NCBI GenBank assembly: GCA_963555985.3
Contig: OY820591.1
Coordinates: 1,888,001 to 1,952,000, forward strand
Origin: Dehalococcoidia bacterium
Lineage (GTDB): Bacteria > Chloroflexota > Dehalococcoidia > Bin125
Length of the DNA: 64,000 bases
Direction: 5' to 3'
Of the stretch, positions 29,145 through 40,669 are shown piece by piece; the first letter of the stretch is position 1; every line of letters starts with the position of its first letter. A program made the position numbers and the translations under genes. Under the pieces are notes generated by a model, which saw nothing but the letters and a program-made list of their open reading frames with translations, was not told the origin of the DNA and did not search any database.

Positions 29145-29969
29145 TTAGTAGTAATCACCGCAGTGATCGAGGTTTGGTTGGACCGGTGTATCCCAGAAAC
29201 CATCCAGTGAGAACGGCAGATACTCCGTTGTGCCATTGCCGACAAGCCTGATCCCCAGATTCTCTGCGTGACGGATATGCAGATAGAATCGCGTATCGAG
29301 ACGGATATCTACAATCCGAATTCCCCAGGGAGCAGACGAATCGTCTACATCCCACCTCAGATTACGCACAGTCGTGACTCCGTCGGCAGATGCAGGATAA
29401 ACTGCATAGTCCGCGTTATAGAAATATCCGGCATCCCGTGCTGGCTCCAAGTCCACCTGATGTACTTCCGCAATGCGATGGCCGGCTCGGCACCCGATCG
29501 CCAGCCAGACTGCGGAGCCAACGGGCTCGTGAGCGTACGTGTCCGCTTTAACCCACAGAGTCGAATTTAACCAGGATGCTCCCGTATCGTCGACATTAAC
29601 CCGGACACTGGTGAAAAATCGCCCATCATCGTAGTGGACTTGCCCCTCTTCACGTTCAATCGGTCCTTTTTCATCCCCTCCTGTCTCGGAGCTGAGGCCT
29701 GTCTCAATGGAGATCGGAGATGAGTTGAGCCATCTGTTGTTTCCGGGGTCGGCTGGGAAAAACCGCGACCGTGGCAAGATCCGTTCATTCCATTCGCCAT
29801 TGACGCGCTGCTGAAGCGCGAATTCTGTCTTGCCGTCATCCAAACGGCGTGCGCTGATTCTCACGTCTGAGGCATCAGAGTCGATGCTCTGACCAATGGC
29901 AGCTGCGGTAATGGCGACTAATAGAGCGGCGACGACGCCGACAACCACCCTGAGTTGAGACTTACTCAC
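29145..29969 (-). CDS. Secreted hypothetical protein
   Basis: Signal-peptide-like N-terminus; VRISARRLDDGKTEFALQQR segment; low GC. Confidence 0.6.
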   Translation of the reverse strand: MSKSQLRVVVGVVAALLVAITAAAIGQSIDSDASDVRISARRLDDGKTEFALQQRVNGEWNERILPRSRFFPADPGNNRWLNSSPISIETGLSSETGGDEKGPIEREEGQVHYDDGRFFTSVRVNVDDTGASWLNSTLWVKADTYAHEPVGSAVWLAIGCRAGHRIAEVHQVDLEPARDAGYFYNADYAVYPASADGVTTVRNLRWDVDDSSAPWGIRIVDIRLDTRFYLHIRHAENLGIRLVGNGTTEYLPFSLDGFWDTPVQPNLDHCGDYY

Positions 29970-30438
29970 CGATGTCCACCTTCCCGATGAACGGAATGAC
30001 GTCTATTGCCAGATGGCCGCGATCGTTCACGCCCAAACCAGAATAGCCGCCCACTCCAGCACCGTGACCACTGCCAACCCGCAGAAAGAGAAGATGCAGG
30101 TTCCGATTCGACTTGCGCCTGAGGCGTTTGGACTCGGCGTACCAGGCATCATGAGCCGCCGTGCGCCAGCGGCGCTCTTCACTCCTCTCGCGCATCCATC
30201 GGCTGTGCTCGGCACCCTGCTGGTCGTAGTAATCCTTCCACACATCCCATGACTCAGCCGAGCTCATCACAAGGCGTTGCAAGACCTTGTGCCGCCGTTC
30301 CCAGTCGGCACACCGCTGTGCGGAGACAGCCCCGATCCGGTCGTACTCCGCATTACGGCGCGCGTCGTTGGTGGCCATCTCGGGAACGCAGAGCCACCAT
30401 TCCAGAGGTCTCCTGATGAATCGCAAGATGCTGCCCAT
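29962..30438 (-). CDS. Hypothetical protein, possibly frameshifted near 30097
   Basis: Starts next to the acs stop; the alternative frame gives a TM-like tail IFSFCGLAVVTVLEWAAILVWA ending at 30027. Confidence 0.4.
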   Translation of the reverse strand: MGSILRFIRRPLEWWLCVPEMATNDARRNAEYDRIGAVSAQRCADWERRHKVLQRLVMSSAESWDVWKDYYDQQGAEHSRWMRERSEERRWRTAAHDAWYAESKRLRRKSNRNLHLLFLRVGSGHGAGVGGYSGLGVNDRGHLAIDVIPFIGKVDIGE

Positions 30439-30439
30439 G

Positions 30440-32422
<1,983 letters not shown>

Positions 32423-32492
32423 GTCAGCGTCCTTGTCTCGGCATCAGCTCGCTCGCATCGCTGTTGAAATGTTAACGCTCCCCAAGCGGCAT

Positions 32493-32747
32493 TCAGTCGC
32501 CGTCCGCGCCCGCATCCGGAACCAACCCGTCGTCCGAGATCGCCTCGGCGGTCATCTCCAACACGCCTATCCAGAAGCCCTCGGTCGAACCCGGAAAGTC
32601 GTGAACCAGTTGCCGAATCACTTGCCGGCCGTCGGGCAGATCGGCGTACGCGAGCACGATCATGATCAATGCGTCGACCGCCTCGCGATAGATCTTCTCG
32701 ACCGCAGCCTGCTCACGCAGCGCCTCCAGATCATCCATTTCGCTCAT
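32493..32747 (-). CDS. Small hypothetical protein
   Basis: AAGGAGAG RBS; protein-like composition. Confidence 0.5.
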   Translation of the reverse strand: MSEMDDLEALREQAAVEKIYREAVDALIMIVLAYADLPDGRQVIRQLVHDFPGSTEGFWIGVLEMTAEAISDDGLVPDAGADGD

Positions 32748-32862
32748 CGCTCTCTCCTTCAGCCATTACGCCGTCGGCCAGCTGTCAGGGGCTGTCCTCC
32801 CCGGCCAGAAGCGATGATACGATGCAGGCAGGCCCGCAATCAGCCAAGCCGGGGGATAGACG

Positions 32863-33207
32863 ATGGCGCAACAGGAACCCTTTCAGCGAATTTCGGTGAC
32901 CGAGGCGGAAGAAAAGCGCCAAGCCGGGGTCGCCTTGGTCGACACTCGAGAACTCGACGAGTACCAGGACGGGCACGCCGCCGGCGCGCCTCTGCTCCCC
33001 TACATGAGCGTGATGACCCAGGCCGAGAAACTCGAAGAGATCGCAGGCGGCAAAGACCAGCCCCTGATGTTCATCTGCGCCAAGGGCCAGCGCTCCGCCG
33101 TCGCCTGCGAATTCGCCGCCGCGCTCGGCTTCACCGACCTCTACAACGTCGAAGGCGGCACCGACGCCTGGATCGCAGCCGGGCTGCCGATCGAGTATCC
33201 CGGCTAG
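32863..33207 (+). CDS. Rhodanese-like domain protein
   Basis: DTRE..EY..GH, CAKGQRS, EGGTDAW. Confidence 0.88.
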   Translation: MAQQEPFQRISVTEAEEKRQAGVALVDTRELDEYQDGHAAGAPLLPYMSVMTQAEKLEEIAGGKDQPLMFICAKGQRSAVACEFAAALGFTDLYNVEGGTDAWIAAGLPIEYPG

Positions 33208-33246
33208 CGTGCCCCGAACCGATCCCGCGACGAGCGGCCGCGTCCG

Positions 33247-33852
33247 ATGCTGAGAAACCTGAGCGGCACCCAGCGCTACGCGCTGTTCGTGCTGCTGGTC
33301 GTCGTCATTGTCGTGATCTACCTGTTCGTCAGCGGCGGCTTCCGCGAACTGACCGGCGGCGGCGAAGAAGAACAGACCGCAACCCAGACCGAACCGAGCG
33401 ACGGCGTCCGCCTGCGTCAGGTCGGTGAACTGGTCGCCTTCGCCGAAGTGCCGCTCGGCGACCGCGCCCTGGTCGGCGACATCGAGATCGCCGTCCAGGC
33501 CATCACCTACCCCGATCAGGTGCGCATCGCCGGCTTCTGGCGGCAGCCCGCCGAGCGCTACGGACAACTCGTCCTCCGCGTCACCAATCGCGGCTCAGCC
33601 TCCGTCCTGCTGCCGCTCGAATCCCTCCAACTGGTCTCCTCCGATGGACGCTCGTTCCTCGCCGACGCTGTAGTCTCCGCCGGAGCCGCCGCCGTTATGG
33701 AAGGCCCGGTCTACGCCGCCCCCGTCCTCCTCCAACCCGGCCTCACCGTCACCGTGCTCATGATCTACGAACTCCCCAACGACGCCGGCGGTCTCCAACT
33801 GCGCGCCACCGGCGCCTGGTTCGACTTCGCCCTCCGCGAGTCCGACGAATAG
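33247..33852 (+). CDS. Membrane-anchored DUF4352-like protein
   Basis: N-terminal TM helix; VTNRG, LVSSDGRSF, LQPG...IYELP pattern. Confidence 0.55.
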   Translation: MLRNLSGTQRYALFVLLVVVIVVIYLFVSGGFRELTGGGEEEQTATQTEPSDGVRLRQVGELVAFAEVPLGDRALVGDIEIAVQAITYPDQVRIAGFWRQPAERYGQLVLRVTNRGSASVLLPLESLQLVSSDGRSFLADAVVSAGAAAVMEGPVYAAPVLLQPGLTVTVLMIYELPNDAGGLQLRATGAWFDFALRESDE

Positions 33853-33869
33853 CCGCGAGGGGCGCTGCC

Positions 33870-34532
33870 ATGACCATCCTCATGTTCGACATCGACGGAA
33901 CCCTCTCCCACTCCCAGGGAGCCGGTACCGCCGCCATGACCCGCGCCTTTCAGGAACTCTGGGGCATCGAAAACGCCCTTGACGGCATGGACTTCGCCGG
34001 ACGCTCCGACACCTGGATCGTCCCCACCGCGCTCGCCGCTCACGGACGGGAATGCTCCGCAGACGACTTGGCGCAGTTCATCGACGCCTACGTCCCCGCA
34101 CTGGGCGCCGTCCTCGCCGAGCGCGAAGCGCGCCTCTGCCCGGGCGTGCAGGAGTTACTGGATGCGCTCCGCGGCGAAGACGTAGTACTCGGACTGGGTA
34201 CCGGCAACTTCCGTCGCGCCGCCAAAGCCAAACTGCAACCACTCGGCATCTGGGACTACTTCCTCACAGGCGGCTTCGGCGACGACGCAGCCGACCGCAC
34301 TTCCCTCCTAGCCGCCGGCCTAAAGCGATTGCGCGAACACTCCCATGACGGCGCGGATGTAGTTGTGATCGGAGACACCGGCCACGACATAGAAGCCGGA
34401 CAAGCCATCGGCGCGAGAGTCGTCGCCGTACGTACCGGCTACGCCAAACCCGGAGAGCTGGATCAAGCCGATGTGATTCTGGACGATTTGTCCAACCTGG
34501 AGCAGTCCTTGCAAGCGTTGCTAAGCAGCTAG
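33870..34532 (+). CDS. HAD-family hydrolase (phosphoglycolate-phosphatase-like)
   Basis: FDIDGTL, TGN, IGDT..DI. Confidence 0.88.
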   Translation: MTILMFDIDGTLSHSQGAGTAAMTRAFQELWGIENALDGMDFAGRSDTWIVPTALAAHGRECSADDLAQFIDAYVPALGAVLAEREARLCPGVQELLDALRGEDVVLGLGTGNFRRAAKAKLQPLGIWDYFLTGGFGDDAADRTSLLAAGLKRLREHSHDGADVVVIGDTGHDIEAGQAIGARVVAVRTGYAKPGELDQADVILDDLSNLEQSLQALLSS

Positions 34533-34616
34533 CCTCACCTTCTCTCATCCTCGCGCCCCCTCCGTCATTGCCGCGCCCATCCAGGAGTCCGCAACCGCTT
34601 GCGGTAGCCTTGAGCC

Positions 34617-35285
34617 ATGTCTACCGGACTCCTCGTCGGCATCATCATCCTGCTGCTCGTAGTGGGCGTACCGCTCTTGCAGGCGATCATCCGCTGGGCC
34701 CAGCGCCGGCGCTCGCTCGCCGCCGCCGGCGTGCCCGACCTCCGCGCCGCCGGCCTCCGCTCCGAAGAACTTCCCTCCGGGCTATCCGCACAGGAACGAA
34801 CAGCCGTGACCTCCGAAGAACTCGCCTTCGCCGACGACGATCCCCAGACTCGCATCCGCGAACTGGACGACGCCGGCCGCATAATCGGCTACCGCGAAGT
34901 CTTCCGCGATCCCCGCTCCTGGGGCGAATTCGCCGACTGGCTGCTCGCCCAATCCCTCCACCGCCGCCGCGCCCACCGCCGCGTAGAACTGGAGCTCACC
35001 CGCTACGCATCGGCGGAACAGGCGGAGACCTCCCTCAACGACACGCCGCCGCCCCAGATCGGCGAGGACGACATCCGCATCAGCGACGCGGGCGAACGCA
35101 GCGGCGTCAAAGCGCGCGAATGGACCCGCCTGGAGGCCGGCGAGACCGTCCAGCGAATGCTCGAGCTCCGCTTCGCCGCCGGAGATGTACTCGCAATCAT
35201 CCGAGGCGATTCCGAGCCGGCCGGCACGCTCAGCGACGATGAAGTCTGGCGCTTGGCCGACGCAGTGAAAGGCCGCTTGCGATGA
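34617..35285 (+). CDS. Hypothetical membrane-anchored protein
   Basis: N-terminal TM helix; coding-like codon usage. Confidence 0.55.
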   Translation: MSTGLLVGIIILLLVVGVPLLQAIIRWAQRRRSLAAAGVPDLRAAGLRSEELPSGLSAQERTAVTSEELAFADDDPQTRIRELDDAGRIIGYREVFRDPRSWGEFADWLLAQSLHRRRAHRRVELELTRYASAEQAETSLNDTPPPQIGEDDIRISDAGERSGVKAREWTRLEAGETVQRMLELRFAAGDVLAIIRGDSEPAGTLSDDEVWRLADAVKGRLR

Positions 35286-35417
35286 TCCCCTTTCTCTGGC
35301 GGCTGCTGATGCTGGAGTGGCTCTGGAAATTCCTCTTCGGCGATTGGCTCGTCAAGCGAATCTGGGGCGACGAGGACTCAGAAAAACGCCGCCGTTCCCG
35401 GGAACGAGAAGCAGAGG

Positions 35418-35891
35418 ATGAACGCTAAAGAGCGCGCCGAGCTCCTCGCCCGCTATCGGCGAGCGCCAACCCTGCTGGCCGAGTCCGTCGCCGGCGTTTC
35501 GCTCGCCCAACTCGACGGCAAGCCTCCCGAACCCGGCTGGACTGCCCGCCAGACCGTGCACCACGTCTCCGACATCGCCATAATGGGCGCGCTCCGTCTG
35601 CGCATGATGCTGGTCGACATCGAAGTCGAGTACTGGCCCTACGAACAGGACACGCTCCAGACCCGCCTGCGCTACCGCAAACGCGCCGTCGGCCCGGCGG
35701 TACGCACAGTCGAAGCGCTGGTCGAGTCCTCCGCCGCCATCCTCGACACCCTGCGCGAAGACGAGTGGCTCCAACCCCGCCCCATCCCCGGCAACGACTC
35801 CCGCAGCATCGAAGACTGGCTCCAGGCCAACACCCACCACATCGAAGAACACGTCGATCAGATCCGCTACTCCCTGACAGGAACGTGTTAG
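35418..35891 (+). CDS. DinB/YfiT family protein
   Basis: WTARQTVHHV...HIEEHVDQI. Confidence 0.8.
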   Translation: MNAKERAELLARYRRAPTLLAESVAGVSLAQLDGKPPEPGWTARQTVHHVSDIAIMGALRLRMMLVDIEVEYWPYEQDTLQTRLRYRKRAVGPAVRTVEALVESSAAILDTLREDEWLQPRPIPGNDSRSIEDWLQANTHHIEEHVDQIRYSLTGTC

Positions 35892-35913
35892 GCGAATCTG
35901 GGGACGCTACCTG

Positions 35914-36378
35914 ATGTCCGACCCAACAGCGTTGACGGCTGACCTTCTTGCGGAAGCGCGCAAAATCGAGCAACTCGTGAGCAGTCTCTCCGGGTCCGAC
36001 CTGAACCGCCGCGAAACCCCCAACGACTGGTCCGTACGCCAGATCATCCACCACATCGCCGACGTCGAAGTCGGCGACGCCATGCGCCTGCGCCAGATGC
36101 TCGCCCACGACGCTCCCCTGATCGTCGCCTACGACGAGAACCGCTTCGCCGAAAAGCTGCACTACGACCGGCCAATCGCCGCCTCGCTGGCGACCTTCTC
36201 GGCCTTGCGAGCCTCCAACGCTGCAATCCTCGAGCGCATCCCCAACGCCGACTGGTCGCGCCAGGGCCGCCACGAAGAGCACGAGCTCTACACGGTCGAA
36301 ATTCTGGTACACAGGAGCATCGAACACGACCGCCTCCACCTCCAGCAGATGCAGCGAGCGCTCAACTCCCCAACTTGA
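35914..36378 (+). CDS. DinB/YfiT family protein
   Basis: WSVRQIIHHIAD...HDRLHLQQM. Confidence 0.85.
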   Translation: MSDPTALTADLLAEARKIEQLVSSLSGSDLNRRETPNDWSVRQIIHHIADVEVGDAMRLRQMLAHDAPLIVAYDENRFAEKLHYDRPIAASLATFSALRASNAAILERIPNADWSRQGRHEEHELYTVEILVHRSIEHDRLHLQQMQRALNSPT

Positions 36379-36405
36379 ACGCATCGGCTCGAAAGGAACA
36401 ACCGG

Positions 36406-37014
36406 ATGACCGCACAGTCATACACCCAACAAGACATCGAAGACCTGCTCTCCAAGATGCAACTGGAACGCGGCAGGCTCATCGCCGCAGCCGAGGCGCT
36501 GCGCGGCGACGACGCCGACCGCGTGCCGGTCGACGCCGTCGGCGAGGAACAGTGGACGGCAAAAGAACAGCTGGCCCACCTGATGGAGATGGAGCGCGGC
36601 TACATCGCCTGGTGTCGGGCGAGTCTGGCCGAGTCCGGCGCGGATGTGAGCGCGGTGCGGGGCATCCCGGTCGATATCCCGATCGAGGACGCGCCCGATC
36701 ATTCGGTGCGGGAGTTGCTGGATGCGCTGATCGCGGAGCGCGTGCGGACGAACCACTTCATCCGCTCGCTCTTGCTGGAGCAGTTCTCCAACACCGCTGT
36801 GACGCCGGGCTTCGGCGAATTGACCGTGATGCAGTACCTGCGCTCGTTCTACAGACACGACCGCCAGCACACCGCCCAGATCGAGGGACGCCAGTCCGAC
36901 TACAAGCCCAACTTCCAGTCGGGCGTCGAACCAAATCAGCGAACTACGCGAATCGAACAGGTCGCTCGCCGCCGCGCCGCCGCGCAGTCGGGCGGAAACG
37001 GAGACAATCCATGA
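36406..37014 (+). CDS. DinB family protein
   Basis: WTAKEQLAHL...HDRQHTAQI. Confidence 0.8.
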   Translation: MTAQSYTQQDIEDLLSKMQLERGRLIAAAEALRGDDADRVPVDAVGEEQWTAKEQLAHLMEMERGYIAWCRASLAESGADVSAVRGIPVDIPIEDAPDHSVRELLDALIAERVRTNHFIRSLLLEQFSNTAVTPGFGELTVMQYLRSFYRHDRQHTAQIEGRQSDYKPNFQSGVEPNQRTTRIEQVARRRAAAQSGGNGDNP

Positions 37015-37406
37015 GCGAGCAATCCGAATCCTCGGAATGGCCGGAGTGGCGGCGCGAGTGGGAACGAGCGCGCCCCCAACTCAACGTCTGGGTCTCACGC
37101 GGCCAAGAGTGGGCGCGCGAACGCCAACAGCCGCAAACCCCGCGCTCACGCGCCCAACAAGCGCTTCGCGGCGTCCTGCTCTTCCCCGTCAACCTCCTTG
37201 CCGCAGCCTCAGGCATGATCGCAGCAGCCTTGGCGGCCGTCATCGGGCTGCTCGTCGTTGCTCTGTTCGCCTGGATCGCAATGGGCGTCATCGCCTCCAT
37301 CATGGTCAGCCGCAAAGGCTGGGACTTCCGCTTCGGCTGGATCCTCGGCTTCACCCTCGGCCCCATCGGCGTCGCTCTCTCCCGCCTCCTCCCCACACGC
37401 CGCTGA
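37011..37406 (+). CDS. Small membrane protein
   Basis: ATGA overlap with the DinB gene; hydrophobic; KG...GWILGFTLGPIG motif shared with 41732-42046. Confidence 0.6.
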   Translation: MSEQSESSEWPEWRREWERARPQLNVWVSRGQEWARERQQPQTPRSRAQQALRGVLLFPVNLLAAASGMIAAALAAVIGLLVVALFAWIAMGVIASIMVSRKGWDFRFGWILGFTLGPIGVALSRLLPTRR

Positions 37407-37422
37407 GACAGCATCCATATCA

Positions 37423-37517
37423 CCCTCTCCCCCCTTGCGGAGCCTGTCCCCGCGTAGGCGGGGAGGGAGATGTCCCGTAGAGCCTGCCCCCGCGAAGGCG
37501 GGGGGACAGAGGGGGGG
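37423..37517. repeat. REP-like family B element with two inserted GAGCCTG(T/C)CCCCGCG..GGCGGGG hairpins
   Basis: Nested hairpins within CCCTCTCCCC...GGGAGATGTC...GACAGAGGGGG. Confidence 0.7.
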
Positions 37518-37567
37518 TCCTCCCTCACCCCTCTGTCAACCAAAACACACCCCAACTCCAACACATA

Positions 37568-37588
37568 CGAACACACATACGGTAAGCT
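37568..37588 (+). promoter_or_regulatory. LexA-like CGAAC-ACAC-ATACG next to -10-like TAAGCT (copy D promoter)
   Basis: Nearly identical to the copy B box AGAAC-ACAT-ATACG. Confidence 0.5.
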
Positions 37589-37624
37589 CGACTATCCACC
37601 CGCAGAACAAGAGAGCGAGCAAAG

Positions 37625-38536
37625 ATGAGCTTCCCCAACTTCCCCAACCCCGCCCGCCGCGCCAAACTGCTCCAGGCACACCAACTCCGCCAACAAGGCC
37701 TCACCCTCCGACAGATCGCCCAAGCGATGGGCTGCGCACACTCCACCGTCGCCGCCTACCTCAAGGACTTCGAACTCTTCCGCGCCGACCTCATCCACGA
37801 ACTCGCCGCCGACCAACTCGTCTCCCACCTGCTCCAACTCGCCGACCTCGACGACCCCCACCACGACCGCCGCCGCGCCGACATCCGCGAACTCCGCCTG
37901 CTGCTCACGGCCGTGCCCAAAATCCGCCGCGACGAGTCCGAGCGCACCCAAGAACTCGTCCAGGGCGGCGTCAGCGTCGACCGCTACGGCCAACGCTACC
38001 CCAGGCCCGAACGCTTCTTCCCCCCCACCCCCGAAGAGATCGAGCAGATCAACCAACCCCACGCCAACCCGGAGACCGAGCTCGACCCCGACCAACCGCT
38101 CGCCCTCGCACCCGAACCCAGTCGAACAGAACCGAACGCCTCCGAACACGCCGAACGCGCCCAAGACACCGACGCACCCGCCCGAACAGAACCGAACAAG
38201 CCCGAACACGCAATCGAGCAATCCCCCGACGACAACGGCGAATCAGAAGAATCCGGCCAGAATTCCCCGCCCCAAGCGCCCTACCCCGGCTACATCGACG
38301 ACCCCCAAGACCCCCTAATCCAGGCCGTCGACGGCCGCGACCCCAGGATCCGCGAATACCTTGAACTCAGCCGCCGCAAACGCCCCTTCCGCTTCCCCCA
38401 GGCCCCCAACCCCCAAGACCGCTGGAGCTGGATCGACCACCCCCAAGACCCCATCGTCGCCGCCGCCCGCGACAGCCTCAGCCTCCAGCGCATCCTCGAA
38501 CAGAGCCGCCAATACCGACAACAACTCCCCGCCTAA
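37625..38536 (+). CDS. N-terminal HTH protein carrying an internal 10-bp-phased CGAAC array (copy D)
   Basis: LRQQGLTLRQIAQAMGCAHSTVAAYL HTH; CGAAC at 38113, 38123, 38133, 38143, 38183, 38193, 38203; IDxPQDP repeated twice. Confidence 0.7.
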   Translation: MSFPNFPNPARRAKLLQAHQLRQQGLTLRQIAQAMGCAHSTVAAYLKDFELFRADLIHELAADQLVSHLLQLADLDDPHHDRRRADIRELRLLLTAVPKIRRDESERTQELVQGGVSVDRYGQRYPRPERFFPPTPEEIEQINQPHANPETELDPDQPLALAPEPSRTEPNASEHAERAQDTDAPARTEPNKPEHAIEQSPDDNGESEESGQNSPPQAPYPGYIDDPQDPLIQAVDGRDPRIREYLELSRRKRPFRFPQAPNPQDRWSWIDHPQDPIVAAARDSLSLQRILEQSRQYRQQLPA

Positions 38537-38564
38537 ATCCCAAAATCCGTCATTCCCGCGCAGA

Positions 38565-38705
38565 GAGGCCTTTGCGAAACCCCCATTTCCGTCATTCCAG
38601 GCTTGACCTGGAATCTCGTTCCGAGTTCGGTCCATCAGGTCGGGCGAGATTCCAGCTTTCGCTGGAATGACGAGAGCAGCGCGAATGCCAATTTGCAAAG
38701 GCCTC
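38565..38705. mobile_element. MITE-like element with GAGGCCTTTGC(G/A)AA terminal inverted repeats
   Basis: TIRs at 38565-38578 and 38692-38705 enclose GTCATTCC...GGAATC / GATTCC...GGAATGAC hairpins; sits at the centre of a CCCG-N6-CGGG palindrome. Confidence 0.7.
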
Positions 38706-38710
38706 CGTAG

Positions 38711-38768
38711 GCGGGGAGGGAGATGTCGCGCAGAGCCTGCCCCCGCGCACGCGGGGGACAGAGGGGGG
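38711..38768. repeat. REP-like family B element (half)
   Basis: GGGGAGGGAGATGTC...GACAGAGGGGGG, as at 37460-37517. Confidence 0.65.
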
Positions 38769-38929
38769 CGTCGCACCCGAGCAGAGGGAATGAGAACGCC
38801 CCAGTCCGATCAGTTCAGTCGCGCCTTACCTCCCTCAAGAGGGAGCAAAGCGCTCTGTAAGCGTGGATCACTCGCCCTGAGCGACCGATCCGATCTCTCT
38901 ATCCTTGTGCCGCGAGAGAAGGAGCCGGC

Positions 38930-39907
38930 ATGAACCGGGCTTGGCGCGTCTTCGTAACCCGAGAACTACCGGGCGACGGCTTCGCCGCCCTCTGCGAGGA
39001 CGACGCCTTCGAACTCGATATCTGGCCGGGCGACTTCCCGCCCCCGCGCGAGGCGCTGCTGCAACACGCGGTCGGCATGGACGGGCTGATTTGCCTGATC
39101 ACCGATAGAATCGACGCAGCCGTCCTGGACGCAGCAGGTGAGGGCTTGCGGGTGGTCTCGCAAATGGCGGTAGGCGTAGACAACGTCGACGTAGCCGCCT
39201 GTACAGCCCGCGGCATCCCCGTCGGCAACACCCCGGGCGTGCTCACCGAGACCACGGCCGACATCGCCTGGGCGCTGATGCTGGCCTCGGCCCGCCGCGT
39301 GGTCGAAGCGGCGGAGTACGTCAAGCACGGCGATTGGCGAACCTGGACGCCGACCCAGATGGCGGGCGTCGACGTCTACGGCGCCACCTTGGGCGTGATC
39401 GGTTTCGGCGCGATCGGACAGGCTGTAGCACGACGAGCGCAAGGCTTCGGAATGCGCACGCTCTACTGGAACCGCACCCTGCGCCCGGCCCAAGCCGAAG
39501 CCGTCGGCGCCGACTACCGCAGTTTCGAGGAAGTCTTGGCCGAGTCGGACTTTGTCTCGATCAACATCGCCCTCACCGACGAAACTCGCGGTCTCATCGA
39601 TGCGGACGCACTCGCGCAAATGCGCCCCGGAGCAATCTTGATCAACACTGCCAGAGGCCCCATCGTGGACGAAGACGCCTTAGCCGAGGCGCTCGCGGCA
39701 GGCCAAATCCGCGCCGCCGGCCTTGACGTGACCGCAGTGGAGCCGCTCTCGATGGATTCGCCCTTGCTCAAGATGGACAACGTAGTCGTCTTGCCCCACA
39801 TCGGCTCGGCCAGCCTCGCCACCCGCTCGAAAATGGCGGACATGGCGGTCGCCAACCTCCGCGCCGGTCTCGCCGGCGAACCGCTCCCGCACCAGGCGGG
39901 CGTCTAG
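38930..39907 (+). CDS. D-2-hydroxyacid dehydrogenase (glyoxylate/hydroxypyruvate reductase)
   Basis: NTPGVLTETTAD, GVIGFGAIG, INTARG, EP, PHIGSAS. Confidence 0.92.
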   Translation: MNRAWRVFVTRELPGDGFAALCEDDAFELDIWPGDFPPPREALLQHAVGMDGLICLITDRIDAAVLDAAGEGLRVVSQMAVGVDNVDVAACTARGIPVGNTPGVLTETTADIAWALMLASARRVVEAAEYVKHGDWRTWTPTQMAGVDVYGATLGVIGFGAIGQAVARRAQGFGMRTLYWNRTLRPAQAEAVGADYRSFEEVLAESDFVSINIALTDETRGLIDADALAQMRPGAILINTARGPIVDEDALAEALAAGQIRAAGLDVTAVEPLSMDSPLLKMDNVVVLPHIGSASLATRSKMADMAVANLRAGLAGEPLPHQAGV

Positions 39908-39916
39908 AGACCCGCA

Positions 39917-40594
39917 ATGAGCGAAGCCGGCCGCCCCGCCTGGACGCCCCAAGAGCCTGAGCCGGGCAACCTCTGGCTCGCCCGCGCCCTCTGGGACTCC
40001 GGCGGCATTATGTTTGGCGACTTCGACCTCGGCGCGACCCTCGGCTCGCCCGTCTACATCAACGTCCGCCGCTTGATCGGCAACCCCTGGGCTCTGCGCC
40101 GAATCGGCGATCTACTCACCGACGAGACCCGCACCCTGGGCGGAATGCTCAGGCCGCACATCGCCCCCTTCGAGTTGATCGCGGGCATCCCCATGGGCGG
40201 CCTGCACGTAGCAATGGCGTTTTCGCTGACCTCGAACATGCCCCTGATCTACGTTCACCCCCCCAGCCAGGCTCGATACGTCGAAGAAGAGATCGAAGGC
40301 TCCTACTACCCCGGCCAGTCTGTCCTCCTCGTAGACGACCTGATGACGCGCGGCTCCAGTCTGCTCGAAACCACGGACCTGCTGCGCTCAGCGGGCCTTA
40401 TGGTGCACGACGCCTTCGTCCTCATCGATCGCGGCTCCGGCGGCGCCGAGCGCCTGCGCCGCGAAGGCGTCACCGTGCATCCGCTGCTCACTCTGGACGC
40501 CCTCCTCAACTACCTGCTCTCCCGCGACCTCATCACCCAAGCCGTCTACGCCAAGTGCCTCACCTGGCTCGAACAGCAGCAACGACCGGGCTGA
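39917..40594 (+). CDS. Orotate phosphoribosyltransferase-like protein
   Basis: FGDF.L...SPVYINVR; LLVDDLMTRGSS PRPP loop. Confidence 0.7.
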   Translation: MSEAGRPAWTPQEPEPGNLWLARALWDSGGIMFGDFDLGATLGSPVYINVRRLIGNPWALRRIGDLLTDETRTLGGMLRPHIAPFELIAGIPMGGLHVAMAFSLTSNMPLIYVHPPSQARYVEEEIEGSYYPGQSVLLVDDLMTRGSSLLETTDLLRSAGLMVHDAFVLIDRGSGGAERLRREGVTVHPLLTLDALLNYLLSRDLITQAVYAKCLTWLEQQQRPG

Positions 40595-40669
40595 CGTGGT
40601 GTTGACAGGGCAAACGCGGGCGCTGCCGTATCTTCTCCTCAGACCGAATCAAGCGGAAAGGCGGCGCTG

